From Nitratidesulfovibrio vulgaris str. Hildenborough (lineage in GTDB: Bacteria; Desulfobacterota; Desulfovibrionia; Desulfovibrionales; Desulfovibrionaceae): DNA of 32,000 bases. Shown piece by piece: positions 1 through 8,953 of the stretch. Each line of letters begins with the position of its first letter. Within the stretch, counting starts at the first letter, position 1. Under the pieces are notes generated by a model. That model saw only the letters and a program-made list of their open reading frames with translations, was not told the DNA's origin and made no database searches. A program made the position numbers and the translations under genes. The DNA is taken from the NCBI RefSeq assembly GCF_000195755.1, contig NC_002937.3, forward strand, positions 3,510,001 to 3,542,000, read 5' to 3'.

Positions 1-384
1 CAGTGCCGTATGCAGGTGGGCGTAACTCTCGTCATCGCGGGATTCCCTGAACTGGTCCCACGCGTTGCGCACGGCCTCGATGGCCTGCGGTTCATCAGGT
101 TCCGTCACATTGGCCGAAGCACGCGCCAATGCCTCGTCGAAGGCGGCCTCACGCCCCTGATGACCATGCGGTACGTGCTGTTCCGGCAGCCGCAGTGCAA
201 AAACGGCCTCCTCCATCTGACGCACATAGGCGATGGAGTCGTAGTTCATGCGCACGAGCAGGGTAGGCAGTCGTCCGGCGATGAAGAACGCCAGGACGAG
301 CAGCGCCCCGAGGCAACCGAACAGGAGCATCAGCCGTCCGAAGGCCCTCCGTATGTTCTTCTGGAGAGTGGGGAGGACGGTCAT
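1..384 (-). CDS. Membrane sensor protein, N-terminal fragment (gene runs off the window); probably the separated histidine-kinase half of a split KdpD
   Basis: My own translation. The ATG at 384-382 overlaps the TGA stop (383-381) of the upstream gene as ATGA. All 128 codons to the window edge are open and third positions are GC-rich. The N-terminus MTVLPTLQKNIRRAFGRLMLLFGCLGALLVLAFFIAG contains one clear TM helix. It is missing from the ORF track because it has no stop in the window. No kinase motifs are visible in this fragment, so the product is inferred from context. Confidence 0.55.
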   Translation of the reverse strand, partial: MTVLPTLQKNIRRAFGRLMLLFGCLGALLVLAFFIAGRLPTLLVRMNYDSIAYVRQMEEAVFALRLPEQHVPHGHQGREAAFDEALARASANVTEPDEPQAIEAVRNAWDQFRESRDDESYAHLHTAL

Positions 385-1520
385 GCGCGCTCCTGCCCCG
401 GCTGGCGTGGCGTGGTATTGACGATGTGGACATCCACCCCGACCGCGTCATGCAGGAATTCGAGGATGAACGACCCCCGTACCCTTTCCAGCAACGGCGA
501 CAGCCTCGATTTGCCGAACACCGCGTGGCGGACATTGCGTTCGCTGGCGAAGTTGGCGAGGGTCTCGGCGATGTCGCCGCCAGCCAGCTGGACGACCTCG
601 GCCCCGAGTTGGGTCGCCAGCCGCAGGTTGCCCTGCAGGACACGCTGCAAACCCGAGTCGATGCGGGTCGGGTTCTCACTGGGCCTTTGCACATAGACGA
701 CGTAGCAGGGAGAGCCCATCTGGTGCGCGATGCGCACGCCGCGGCGGATGAGCGTCTCGGCATCGGTCGGGCTCGAGCTGAGTGCCACCATCACCCCTTC
801 GATGACATCCCCGGCCGAATGCCGCGGAAAATGCTCCTGTTCCTCGATCTTGCGGACCTGATCGCCCGAAGCCTCGCGCAGGCACAACTCACGCAGGAAC
901 GAGAGGTTCCGGTACGAGAAGAACCCGCCAAGCGCACGTTCGGCCTGCTCCGGGGAGTAGATGCGCCCTTGCCGCAGGCGTTCACGCAGGTCTTCCTTCG
1001 TGAGGTCGACGTTCACCACCTGATCGGCCCGACGCAGGATGGCGTCCGGGAGGCGCTCCTGCACACGCACCCCGGCGACCGACTCCACGCGTTCCGCCAC
1101 CGATTCGAGGTGCTGCACATTGAGGGTGGTGATGACGTTGATGCCAGCCTCGAGCACCTTCAGCACGTCCTGATAGCGTTTGCCGTTCTCGGACCCCGCA
1201 GCATTGGTATGGGCGAGTTCGTCCACCAGCACGACCTGTGGACGGCGGGCGATGATGCCGGGCACGTCCATTTCCGTGAAATCGCTTCCTGCGATGGCGA
1301 CCTTGCGGGGTGCCACCTGTTCGAGCCCCTCCACAAGGGCCAGCGTGTCTGCCCTGTCGTGAGGTTCGACGTAGCCTATGACCACGTCCAGCCCTTCTCT
1401 GGCGAGGCGGTGCGCCTCCTGCAGCATGGCATAGGTCTTGCCCACACCAGCCGCATAGCCGAGGTAGACCTTGAGAGACCCCTGTCTCTTGCGTGCGAGA
1501 ATCTCGGAGAAGTCGTCCAT
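381..1520 (-). CDS. kdpD: KdpD N-terminal sensor domain plus Usp-like domain, as a stand-alone cytoplasmic protein with no TM or kinase part
   Basis: The 379-aa ORF opens MDDFSEILARKRQGSLKVYLGYAAGVGKTYAML, a Walker-A-like GxxGVGKT typical of the KdpD N-terminal domain. The C-terminal third is Usp-like. It lies directly downstream of kdpC on the same strand. Confidence 0.9.
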   Translation of the reverse strand: MDDFSEILARKRQGSLKVYLGYAAGVGKTYAMLQEAHRLAREGLDVVIGYVEPHDRADTLALVEGLEQVAPRKVAIAGSDFTEMDVPGIIARRPQVVLVDELAHTNAAGSENGKRYQDVLKVLEAGINVITTLNVQHLESVAERVESVAGVRVQERLPDAILRRADQVVNVDLTKEDLRERLRQGRIYSPEQAERALGGFFSYRNLSFLRELCLREASGDQVRKIEEQEHFPRHSAGDVIEGVMVALSSSPTDAETLIRRGVRIAHQMGSPCYVVYVQRPSENPTRIDSGLQRVLQGNLRLATQLGAEVVQLAGGDIAETLANFASERNVRHAVFGKSRLSPLLERVRGSFILEFLHDAVGVDVHIVNTTPRQPGQERA

Positions 1521-1601
1521 AGGGCATCATCCTGCAATGAGGGTGGGCGCGCACCCCTGCAGGGCGCGCGCCGAATGTCTCCAGCTACGGGGTTACCCGC
1601 G

Positions 1602-2159
1602 CTAGACGCCGTCGTCCAGTACCAAGTTGAGCATCAGGACATTGACCCGCGGCTGCCCCAGAATGCCCATCTCACGCCCTTCGGTCATGGCATCTATCAG
1701 GGCGTTGACCCTGACCGTCGAGACATCACGCGCCTGCGCGACACGACGCGCCTGGAACCGCGCCGCCTCGACGGTAATGTGCGGGTCAAGCCCGCTGGCC
1801 GAGGCGGTGAAGAGGTCGACGGGGAGCGCCGTCGAAGGCTGCCCCGCGCGCAAGCGCGTTGCGGTCTCGTGCAGGCGGTCGGAGAGAGCACGACTTGTCG
1901 GCCCCTGATTGAAGCCCCCGGAGGCCCTGCCGTCGTAGCCATGCTCTCCTGCCGCCGACGGGCGCGGATGGAAGTAGCGGTCAGAGTCGAAGCGCTGTGC
2001 CACCAGACGCGAACCCACGGCCCTGCCGTCACACAGCACGAGGGAACCGTTGGCCTGTACGGGATAGAGCGACTGGCCCACCATGGTCACCACCGCCGGA
2101 TAGGCTACCCCGAGGAGCAGTACGAGCATCAGGGTCGATGCGAATGCCTGTCGTAACAT
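1602..2159 (-). CDS. kdpC: K+-transporting ATPase subunit KdpC
   Basis: The 185-aa ORF has an N-terminal TM helix (MLRQAFASTLMLVLLLGVAYP) and KdpC-like sequence (GLDPHITVEAA). An AGGAGA SD lies 5 nt upstream. It follows kdpB after a 9-nt gap. Confidence 0.93.
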   Translation of the reverse strand: MLRQAFASTLMLVLLLGVAYPAVVTMVGQSLYPVQANGSLVLCDGRAVGSRLVAQRFDSDRYFHPRPSAAGEHGYDGRASGGFNQGPTSRALSDRLHETATRLRAGQPSTALPVDLFTASASGLDPHITVEAARFQARRVAQARDVSTVRVNALIDAMTEGREMGILGQPRVNVLMLNLVLDDGV

Positions 2160-2168
2160 CTTCGTCTC

Positions 2169-4205
2169 CTATGCGAGGCCGAGGGCGGTAAGAAGGATGT
2201 CGATGGCCTTGATGCCCACGAACGGGGCGACAAGCCCGCCCAGCCCGTACACGAGCAGATTGCGCCGCAGGGTGGCGCCCGTGGAACGCGGGCGGTAGTG
2301 CGCGCCACGCAAGGCGAGGGGGATGAGCGCGACGATGATCAGCGCATTGAAGATGACCGCAGAGAGGACGGCACTCCGGGGGCTGGAGAGTCCCATGACA
2401 TTCAGGGCCGCAAGCTGTGGCAGCGAAGCCACGAAGATGGCCGGGATGATGGCGAAGTACTTCGCGATGTCGTTGGCGACGCTGAAGGTCGTGAGCGCCC
2501 CCCGCGTGATGAGCAGCTGCTTGCCGATTTCGACGATCTCGATGAGCTTGGTGGGGTCGGAATCGAGGTCGATCATGTTCCCGGCCTCACGCGCAGCCTG
2601 AGTGCCGGTGTTCATGACCAACCCCACGTCCGACTGTGCCAGTGCCGGGGCGTCGTTCGTTCCGTCACCCGACATGGCGACCAGTCTTCCTTCCTTTTGC
2701 AGGCGCACGATGAGGTCGAGCTTGTCCTCCGGTTTCGCCTCCGCGAGAAAGTCGTCCACACCGGCTTCAGCCGCGATGGAGCGGGCGGTGAGCCTGTTGT
2801 CGCCGGTGACCATGACGGTGCGGATGCCCATGGCGCGGATGCGTTCGAACCTGTCGCTTATGCCCGGCTTGACCATGTCCTTCAGGTGGATGACCCCCAG
2901 CACCCCCTCGGTGTCGGATGCGACGACGAGCGGCGTCCCGCCTTGTGCCGCGATATCCAGCACCACGGTGTCGAGTGTCGTCTCGTCCATGTGCCTCCCC
3001 AGTCCCCGCAACCACGCTTTCACGGCATCGGCTGCGCCCTTGCGGATGGACGTCCCGGTGTAGTCGCTGCCGCTCATGCGGGTCTCCGCCCGGAAGGGGA
3101 TGAACGTGGCGTTGTCGGGCATCGCGGGGAGACCCGTGCCGAGTTCAGTCCGGGCAAGGGTGACGATGGAACGACCTTCAGGAGTCTCGTCACCGTGGGA
3201 TGCAAGCAGGGCGGCCTTGCACAGGTGTTCGGGAGAGATGCCCGGCATGGGGATGAATGCGGTGGCCATGCGGTTGCCGAGGGTTATCGTCCCCGTCTTG
3301 TCCAGCAACAGCACGTCCACGTCTCCTGCGGCCTCGACGGCACGACCGGACATCGCCAGCACGTTGCGACGCAGCAGCCTGTCCATGCCGGCGATGCCGA
3401 TCGCCGCCAGCAGCCCTCCGATGGTGGTGGGGATGAGACACACCAGCAAGGCGGCGAGAACCACCACGTCCACCCGCGCACCGTGGAACAGGGCCATGGG
3501 CTTGAGGGTCACCGTGGCGAGGATGAAGATGAGCGTGAGACCCGCAAGAAGGATGTTCAGGGCTATCTCGTTGGGCGTCTTCTTACGCTCGGCCCCTTCG
3601 ACAAGGGCTATCATCCGGTCGAGGAACGACTTTCCCGGTTCCTGTGTGACCTTGATGCGCAGGGTGTCGGAGATGACCGTCGTACCGCCGGTGACGGCGC
3701 TTCTGTCGCCGCCCGACTCACGGATGACAGGTGCCGACTCTCCGGTGACGGCCGACTCGTCCACGGCGGCAGCCCCGGCGATCACGGTGCCGTCGGCGGG
3801 AATGACCATGCCCGCTGCGACGACGACCTCATCGCCGCGTTGCAGGGTCGAGGCAGATACCACCTGCACCGTGCCGTCGGGTTGCACCTGATGCGCCGGG
3901 GTGTCACGGCGGGCATGGCGCAGGCTGTCTGCCTGTGCCTTGCCTCGCCCTTCTGCCAGTGCCTCGGCGAAGTTGGCGAACAGGACGGTAGCCCATAGCC
4001 ATAACGTAATCTGCGCGCTGAACAGGACGCCGGAACCGGCCATCATGTCGCGGACGAAGGCGACAGTGGTTAGCAGGGCGCCGACGGCAACGGTGAACAT
4101 GACCGGATTACGTACCATATGATTCGGGCGTAGCTTGCCGATGGCGTCGATGCATGCGCGCCGGTAGAGGGCAGAAGGTGTCGAAGTGTTGTTTGCGGTG
4201 TGCAT
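2169..4205 (-). CDS. kdpB: K+-transporting P-type ATPase subunit KdpB
   Basis: P-type ATPase motifs DKTGTIT, MVTGDN and [12 protein letters not shown] are present. I trimmed the start from 4277 to the ATG at 4205 (MHTANNTS...). That ATG has an AGGAGG SD at 4211-4216 and lies after the kdpA stop at 4222-4224. Confidence 0.95.
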   Translation of the reverse strand: MHTANNTSTPSALYRRACIDAIGKLRPNHMVRNPVMFTVAVGALLTTVAFVRDMMAGSGVLFSAQITLWLWATVLFANFAEALAEGRGKAQADSLRHARRDTPAHQVQPDGTVQVVSASTLQRGDEVVVAAGMVIPADGTVIAGAAAVDESAVTGESAPVIRESGGDRSAVTGGTTVISDTLRIKVTQEPGKSFLDRMIALVEGAERKKTPNEIALNILLAGLTLIFILATVTLKPMALFHGARVDVVVLAALLVCLIPTTIGGLLAAIGIAGMDRLLRRNVLAMSGRAVEAAGDVDVLLLDKTGTITLGNRMATAFIPMPGISPEHLCKAALLASHGDETPEGRSIVTLARTELGTGLPAMPDNATFIPFRAETRMSGSDYTGTSIRKGAADAVKAWLRGLGRHMDETTLDTVVLDIAAQGGTPLVVASDTEGVLGVIHLKDMVKPGISDRFERIRAMGIRTVMVTGDNRLTARSIAAEAGVDDFLAEAKPEDKLDLIVRLQKEGRLVAMSGDGTNDAPALAQSDVGLVMNTGTQAAREAGNMIDLDSDPTKLIEIVEIGKQLLITRGALTTFSVANDIAKYFAIIPAIFVASLPQLAALNVMGLSSPRSAVLSAVIFNALIIVALIPLALRGAHYRPRSTGATLRRNLLVYGLGGLVAPFVGIKAIDILLTALGLA

Positions 4206-4221
4206 TGGTGCCTCCTGAAGG

Positions 4222-5931
4222 CTAATGAAGCAGCCCGTCGAGCATCTGGAAGTGTTCGACGACGGGGCCGAGAGCAAGTGCGGGAAGGTACGTGAGCGCT
4301 CCGACGATGACGATGACCAGAGTCAGCAGCAGGCCGAAGGTGAAACCGGATACGGGGAATGAGAACTCGCCGATGGGCCTGGCCTTTCTGGACGCCATGG
4401 AGCCTGCCACGCCCAGCATGGGCAGCATGATGCCGAACCTGCCGATGAGCATGGCGAGGGCGATGGTGACGTTCCACGCCGGGCTGTTGGCGTTCAGCCC
4501 CGCGAAGGCGCTGCCGTTGTTCTGCACGCCCGACGTGTAGGCATAGAGTATCTCGCTGAAGCCATGCGCCCCGGCGTTGTTGAGCGCGGCCTGTCCCCAG
4601 CCGGAGACGGCCGCCACCGCTGAGAAGAGAAGCGGCGGAGTGGCGGCGATGATGAGGGCGAGCATGGCAAGCGTCACCTCTCGCCCCTCGATGCGTTTGC
4701 CGAGGTAGTCCGGCGTCCTGCCGACCATGAGCCCCGCAAGGAAGACCGTGAGCAGGATGAAGAGGACCATGCCGTACAGCCCCGACCCCACGCCGCCGAA
4801 GATGACCTCGCCCATCTGCATGTTGACGAGGGTGACGAGTCCCCCCAGGGGCGTCAGGCTGTCATGCATGGCATTGACGGCACCGCACGAGGCGTCGGTG
4901 GTCACGGTGGCGAACATGGCAGACCCGAAGATGCCGAAACGGACCTCCTTGCCCTCCATGTTCGTTACAGGCGCTTGCGCCACTTCGGTCAGGAGGGGCG
5001 TTCCGAGGGTTTCGGCCCTGTAGAGGGAGCACGCCCCGACCATGAAAAGGCAGGCCATGACGAACCAGACCGTCCACGCGTGCCTGCGGTTCGAGACCGC
5101 CCCACCAAGCGTGAACACCAGCGAACTCGGGATGATGAAGATGGCCAGCATCTGAAGCAGGTTGGACAGGGCGGTCGGGTTCTCCAGCGGGTGCGCCGCA
5201 TTGGCGTTGAAAAAACCCCCGCCGTTGGTACCGAGCATCTTTATCGCGACCTGCGAGGCTGTCGGCCCCATGGCGATGAACTGGCGTCCACCCTCGAGCG
5301 TCGCCACTTCCGTCCCGGCACTCATGGTCTGCACCACACCCTGCCCGACGAGTACGACGGCAAGCACGAGGCTGATGGGCAACAGGACATAGAGCACGGA
5401 ACGTACGAGGTCGGCCCAGAAGTTGCCTATGGTCTTCGATTCCTGTGAGGCAAGACCGCGCATGACCGCCACCGCCACGGCAAGCCCCGCGGCAGCCGAG
5501 ACGAAATTATGGTACGCAAGCCCGACCATCTGCGAGAAATGGCTCACGGTGCTTTCGCCCGCGTAGGACTGCCAGTTGGTGTTGGTGAGAAAGCTCACGG
5601 CAGTGTTGAACGCAAGATGCCACGACAGTCCCGGAAACCCTTGCGGGTTGAGGGGAAGCTTGTCCTGAAGCATCAGCACGCCGAAGGTCATGAGAAAACC
5701 TGCTGCCGAGAAGGCGCACAGACTGGCGGCATATTGCCGCCACGACTGCCGCGCTTCGGGCCGGATGCCGGACGCCCGGTAGATGAGCCTCTCCACCGGA
5801 CCGAGAACGGAGTGCATCCACGTCTGTTCGCCTCGCAGTACGGCGCGTCCGATGAACCGGCCCAGTACCGGGCTCATCAGGGCGAGCAGCCCCAGAAAGA
5901 GTGCAAGTTGCGTATATTCCATGAGTTGCAT
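4222..5931 (-). CDS. kdpA: K+-transporting ATPase subunit KdpA
   Basis: The 569-aa polytopic membrane ORF has KdpA length and sequence character (GTNGGGFF selectivity-filter-like motif). It lies between kdpF and kdpB. Confidence 0.95.
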   Translation of the reverse strand: MQLMEYTQLALFLGLLALMSPVLGRFIGRAVLRGEQTWMHSVLGPVERLIYRASGIRPEARQSWRQYAASLCAFSAAGFLMTFGVLMLQDKLPLNPQGFPGLSWHLAFNTAVSFLTNTNWQSYAGESTVSHFSQMVGLAYHNFVSAAAGLAVAVAVMRGLASQESKTIGNFWADLVRSVLYVLLPISLVLAVVLVGQGVVQTMSAGTEVATLEGGRQFIAMGPTASQVAIKMLGTNGGGFFNANAAHPLENPTALSNLLQMLAIFIIPSSLVFTLGGAVSNRRHAWTVWFVMACLFMVGACSLYRAETLGTPLLTEVAQAPVTNMEGKEVRFGIFGSAMFATVTTDASCGAVNAMHDSLTPLGGLVTLVNMQMGEVIFGGVGSGLYGMVLFILLTVFLAGLMVGRTPDYLGKRIEGREVTLAMLALIIAATPPLLFSAVAAVSGWGQAALNNAGAHGFSEILYAYTSGVQNNGSAFAGLNANSPAWNVTIALAMLIGRFGIMLPMLGVAGSMASRKARPIGEFSFPVSGFTFGLLLTLVIVIVGALTYLPALALGPVVEHFQMLDGLLH

Positions 5932-5939
5932 GTCGACTC

Positions 5940-6029
5940 CTAGAAGCGTTCAGGGAAGAGCAATGCGTACCCGACATACAGGTAGAGGGCCGCAGCGCAT
6001 ATGAGACCGATGATATCGAGCAGATCCAT
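5940..6029 (-). CDS. kdpF: KdpF, small hydrophobic subunit of the Kdp complex (29 aa)
   Basis: It is too short for the ORF track, so I translated it by hand: MDLLDIIGLICAAALYLYVGYALLFPERF, then TAG. An AAGGAG SD lies 7 nt upstream of the ATG. Its stop is 8 nt before the kdpA ATG and forms the kdpA SD (TAGGAG). A single TM peptide ending in the Y-x-L-x-x-P-E-x-F pattern is typical of KdpF. Confidence 0.8.
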   Translation of the reverse strand: MDLLDIIGLICAAALYLYVGYALLFPERF

Positions 6030-6072
6030 GGGGCATCTCCTTGCATGTTGTGCTGAGGGTCACCAGTCGAAG

Positions 6073-6088
6073 AGCATTTGACGTGCCA
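6073..6088 (-). promoter_or_regulatory. Sigma-54 (-24/-12) type promoter for kdpFABC
   Basis: The minus strand reads TGGCACGTCAAATGCT. This has GG-N10-GC spacing and matches the TGGCACG-N4-TTGCW consensus at all but one position. The -12 GC lies about 45 nt upstream of the kdpF ATG. Confidence 0.6.
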
Positions 6089-6151
6089 CTTAGTAACACC
6101 ATGATTTTAAAGAATTTGCCTTCCTGCTATGCGTGCGCGGCGTATCAAAAT

Positions 6152-6188
6152 GAAAGGCTCCCGTTACAAAATGTAACGGGAGCCTTTC
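6152..6188. promoter_or_regulatory. Perfect 17-bp inverted repeat with a 3-nt spacer; candidate enhancer (UAS) for the sigma-54 activator, or an intrinsic terminator/insulator
   Basis: The sequence is GAAAGGCTCCCGTTACA-AAA-TGTAACGGGAGCCTTTC, verified base by base. Its centre is about 108 nt upstream of the predicted kdp transcription start. As minus-strand RNA the hairpin is followed by AUUUUGAU. The repeat itself is certain; the function is not. Confidence 0.5.
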
Positions 6189-6565
6189 GTTTCCTCATAT
6201 TGCTGGACCAGAGGGGGGCACCCGGCAGGGCATCCGTGTACAGCCCGCCCCATGATGCCACTCTTATATTTTTAGTCCTGTTTTCATCTTTCAGGACAGC
6301 ATGATACGGAATATGATAGAGTATCTATCCCACATCTTTCTAAAAATCGTAGAGTAATCATCACGCAAGCCCCGTCACAACATGGCCCCTTCCGGAAACA
6401 AGATTCGATTCATCTTTGAATCTGGCATGATAGACACGCACGGCTTCACATTATGTTTAATGGAGCATTAATTGCTATCGTAGATGCGACACGTTCCGTT
6501 GAGCGCGGCCCGGCATTCCCGGCATCGAAGTACGGGCGACGCCGCGCAGGTATACGCAAAGGCAG

Positions 6566-6988
6566 GTGACCATGAAAGGCGAACGTTCTTTCCTGCATGA
6601 CACAGAAGGCATGACCACCCTCGAATTCGCACTGGTGCTGCCTCTCGTGTTGCTGCTCCTTTTCGGCACCATGGACATGCTGCGCTATGTCTGGGCACGT
6701 AACACCACAGTCGCCGCCGCCGTTGAAGCCGCGGAGACGGGGGCGCTCAGGACCACGACCGACGAAGAGATTCGGCTTGCCGCCGAGAGGATTCTGGCAC
6801 CGTCCGGGCTCAGGGCCTCCTCGCTGGTCATCACCCGTGAGACAGCGGTTGTGCCTCCTGTCATCACCGTACGCATCACCGTCGACTTTTCGTACATCGT
6901 GTTGCCGGGCTTTCTCACAAGCATGGTCGGGGCAAGGGTTATAGACATCACCAAACGTTCCGTCATGGGGCCGGAGGAATCGTCATGA
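6566..6988 (+). CDS. TadE-like pseudopilin (Flp pilus assembly TadE/TadF family)
   Basis: The N-terminus ...HDTEG|MTTLEFALVLPLVLLLLFG matches the TadV-processed G/xxxxEF class III signal and the TadE N-terminal domain. The start is GTG at 6566 or ATG at 6572. The stop overlaps the next gene's ATG as ATGA. Confidence 0.75.
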   Translation: MTMKGERSFLHDTEGMTTLEFALVLPLVLLLLFGTMDMLRYVWARNTTVAAAVEAAETGALRTTTDEEIRLAAERILAPSGLRASSLVITRETAVVPPVITVRITVDFSYIVLPGFLTSMVGARVIDITKRSVMGPEESS

Positions 6989-7404
6989 ACGCCAGAACCC
7001 CGCAGTTCTTATGCCGGAATGAGGGTGAGCGGGGCATGGTCACCGTGGAGGCGGCCCTGCTCATCGTCCTGTTTCTGGTGCCCATGCTCCTGCTCGTCAT
7101 GGATGCTGGCCGCTTCATCACGGCACGCCATTCCCTCACGCAGGCAGTGCGGCAAGGGGCCATCGTCCTGATTCATGCCCAGGCCTCATCACAAGCCGAC
7201 ACCCAGGCCTCGGCGGCGGTCAAGGATGCGCTTGAGGTCTCCGGCTACCGCCCCGGAGAAGTGACGGTCGTCATCAACAGACCCGACCAGACGAGGGCGA
7301 CCATCACCGTGACGCTGGATACGACACGCTTCGCCGTGTTCGGCGTCGCCTTCACGGTACTGCCCGTCATCATTCGTGAAAGTGCCACTGTCTCGACAGG
7401 ATAG
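6985..7404 (+). CDS. Second TadE/TadF-like pseudopilin
   Basis: The N-terminus NEGERG|MVTVEAALLIVLFLVPMLLLV resembles a TadE-like domain, with Glu at +5 after Gly. A GGAGGA SD lies 6 nt upstream. It is translationally coupled to the previous gene. Confidence 0.65.
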   Translation: MNARTPQFLCRNEGERGMVTVEAALLIVLFLVPMLLLVMDAGRFITARHSLTQAVRQGAIVLIHAQASSQADTQASAAVKDALEVSGYRPGEVTVVINRPDQTRATITVTLDTTRFAVFGVAFTVLPVIIRESATVSTG

Positions 7405-7415
7405 GAGGAAATAGC

Positions 7416-8585
7416 ATGTCCCTCTTGAAACGTCTGCTCAACGAAGAACGAGGCAACGTCGCCCTCATCGTCGCCCTTTCAAGCTTCGCCCTGCTGGGTC
7501 TTGGCACCATGGCGGTGGACCTTGGCGTGGTCTACACCAAGCGCAGCCAGATGCAGAAGGCAGCCGACATCGCCGCACTCGCAGGGGCACAGGCACTGAT
7601 CAACAGTTCAGGCAACACCGACATGGCCCGCACGCAAGCCATCACCACGGCGCGTGCCAACCTCGCACAGGGTGACGTTCCCGATAGGGCCGTCCGCGAT
7701 GGCGATGTGACCTTCTCGAACAACGCCGCCATCAACACCTCGTTCCCCATGAACCGCATAGACGTGCATATCCGGCGCAACGCCGAGGCGGGCAACTCTG
7801 TAGGGCTCATCTTCGCCAATCTGTTCGGCGACTCCTACAGCGACCTCACGGTCATGGCCCGGGCAGAGGCCGTTCCGGCCTGCCGCAGTTGCGTGGCACC
7901 GCTCAGCGTACCGGACAAGTTCACATGGAACGACAAGTGCGACCCCGACAGGAAGCTCAACAACGGGGCTCTCGACCCCACAAGCAGCTGCGAGATGGCC
8001 TCGGTCCAGCTCATCGGATATTCCCCTGCCGACTTCGGAACGCCCGTCGTCCTCAAGTTCGGCGACCCCACGGACACCGTCGTCCCCGGCTGGTTCAGCC
8101 CGATCAACCTGCCGCCTGTGGGGCAGGGCGCCCCGGAGACCGGAGCCTCGGTCTATCGCGAACGCCTCGGGGATGCAGGCTTCTGCATGAACGACTTCGG
8201 AACATACTCGGTGCAGCCGGGCTCACAGGTACAGGTTGAACCGGGCAACATGGTCGGCCCCACCCGGCAGGGCATAGCCGACCTCCTGGCTGGCGACCCT
8301 GCCGCCACATGGGACACCGGCAAGGGTGTCGTGACGGCCTCTGGCGAACCCAACCCCCACAGCCCGCGCATCATCCGCATCCCCCTGTACGACCCCCGGC
8401 TTCCCATCGTGAGCGGTCGCAACTATCTGACCGTCGTCAAGGTCGCCTCGTTCTTCGTCGAATCCATGGACAACCAGAACAACGTCCGCGGACGCTACAT
8501 CGCCAGTTCTCCCCTCGCGCCGTGGGGCACGGTCTCTCCCGGTGCCTCCTGCCTGACCTACACGGCGAGACTCGCCAGACCGTAG
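7416..8585 (+). CDS. TadG-like protein (Flp pilus assembly TadG N-terminal domain) with a Cys-containing C-terminal domain
   Basis: MSLLKRLLNEERGNVALIVALSSFALLGLGTMAVDLGVVYTKRSQMQKAADIAALAGAQAL is a close match to the TadG-like N-terminal domain as I remember it. An AGGAGGA SD lies 7 nt upstream. I saw no vWA MIDAS motif. Confidence 0.7.
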   Translation: MSLLKRLLNEERGNVALIVALSSFALLGLGTMAVDLGVVYTKRSQMQKAADIAALAGAQALINSSGNTDMARTQAITTARANLAQGDVPDRAVRDGDVTFSNNAAINTSFPMNRIDVHIRRNAEAGNSVGLIFANLFGDSYSDLTVMARAEAVPACRSCVAPLSVPDKFTWNDKCDPDRKLNNGALDPTSSCEMASVQLIGYSPADFGTPVVLKFGDPTDTVVPGWFSPINLPPVGQGAPETGASVYRERLGDAGFCMNDFGTYSVQPGSQVQVEPGNMVGPTRQGIADLLAGDPAATWDTGKGVVTASGEPNPHSPRIIRIPLYDPRLPIVSGRNYLTVVKVASFFVESMDNQNNVRGRYIASSPLAPWGTVSPGASCLTYTARLARP

Positions 8586-8596
8586 GGCAACAAGAA

Positions 8597-8632
8597 GCCC
8601 CGCAGGGCGTGCAAAGGCACATCCTGCGGGGC
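8597..8632. terminator. Bidirectional hairpin between the convergent tadG-like and coiled-coil genes
   Basis: A perfect 10-bp stem, GCCCCGCAGG (8597-8606) and CCTGCGGGGC (8623-8632), encloses a 16-nt loop. It lies between the two stop codons. The flanking T-tracts are weak. Confidence 0.55.
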
Positions 8633-8662
8633 GTATCCCTATCTGCCAAGCCTGTTGCGGCA

Positions 8663-8953
8663 TCAATCCCTGAAGCGCTTGCGGGCCGACTCGAAGGCGT
8701 CTTCGACGACGTTCCACGCCAGTTCGAAGCCCGACTTCACATCCTCCCACGCACCTTCACCGGCACGCTGGAGTTCGGCAAGCCTGCCCAGAAGTTCGTC
8801 GCGCTTCTCGCGCAGGGCCGTAATCTCCTCGTGGTACTCCACGCGGGCCTCGGCCTTGGCAAGCGCAGCCTGCACCACCAGCTTGTCTATCTGCGCATTC
8901 CACTTGTCCAGTTGATTCTGCAACTTGCGGATGTACTCGTCCCTGCTGCTCAT
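8663..8953 (-). CDS. Small all-helical coiled-coil protein (96 aa), function unknown
   Basis: I trimmed the start to the ATG at 8953 (MSSRDEYIRKLQNQLDKWNAQIDKL...), which has a GGAG SD 7 nt upstream. The sequence is heptad-like, rich in charged residues and Ala, and has normal codon usage. Confidence 0.65.
   Translation of the reverse strand: MSSRDEYIRKLQNQLDKWNAQIDKLVVQAALAKAEARVEYHEEITALREKRDELLGRLAELQRAGEGAWEDVKSGFELAWNVVEDAFESARKRFRD

Noticed and set aside
426-3998. Plus-strand ORFs of 576 aa (426-2156) and 566 aa (2298-3998), and similar ones at 10488-11534, 13375-14076 and 14811-15665
   Set aside because: All are antisense or out-of-frame overlaps of well-supported genes (kdpD-N/kdpC, kdpB, oorA, the lipoprotein, coaBC). 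Their sequences are low complexity and rich in Arg, Gly, His and Asp.
6190-6565. A search for a missing Flp pilin gene upstream of tadE
   Set aside because: I translated the small ORFs on both strands, and none has a G/xxxxE[YF] processing site followed by a hydrophobic helix. The closest, MIRNMIEYLSHIFLKIVE, is 18 aa with no Gly.
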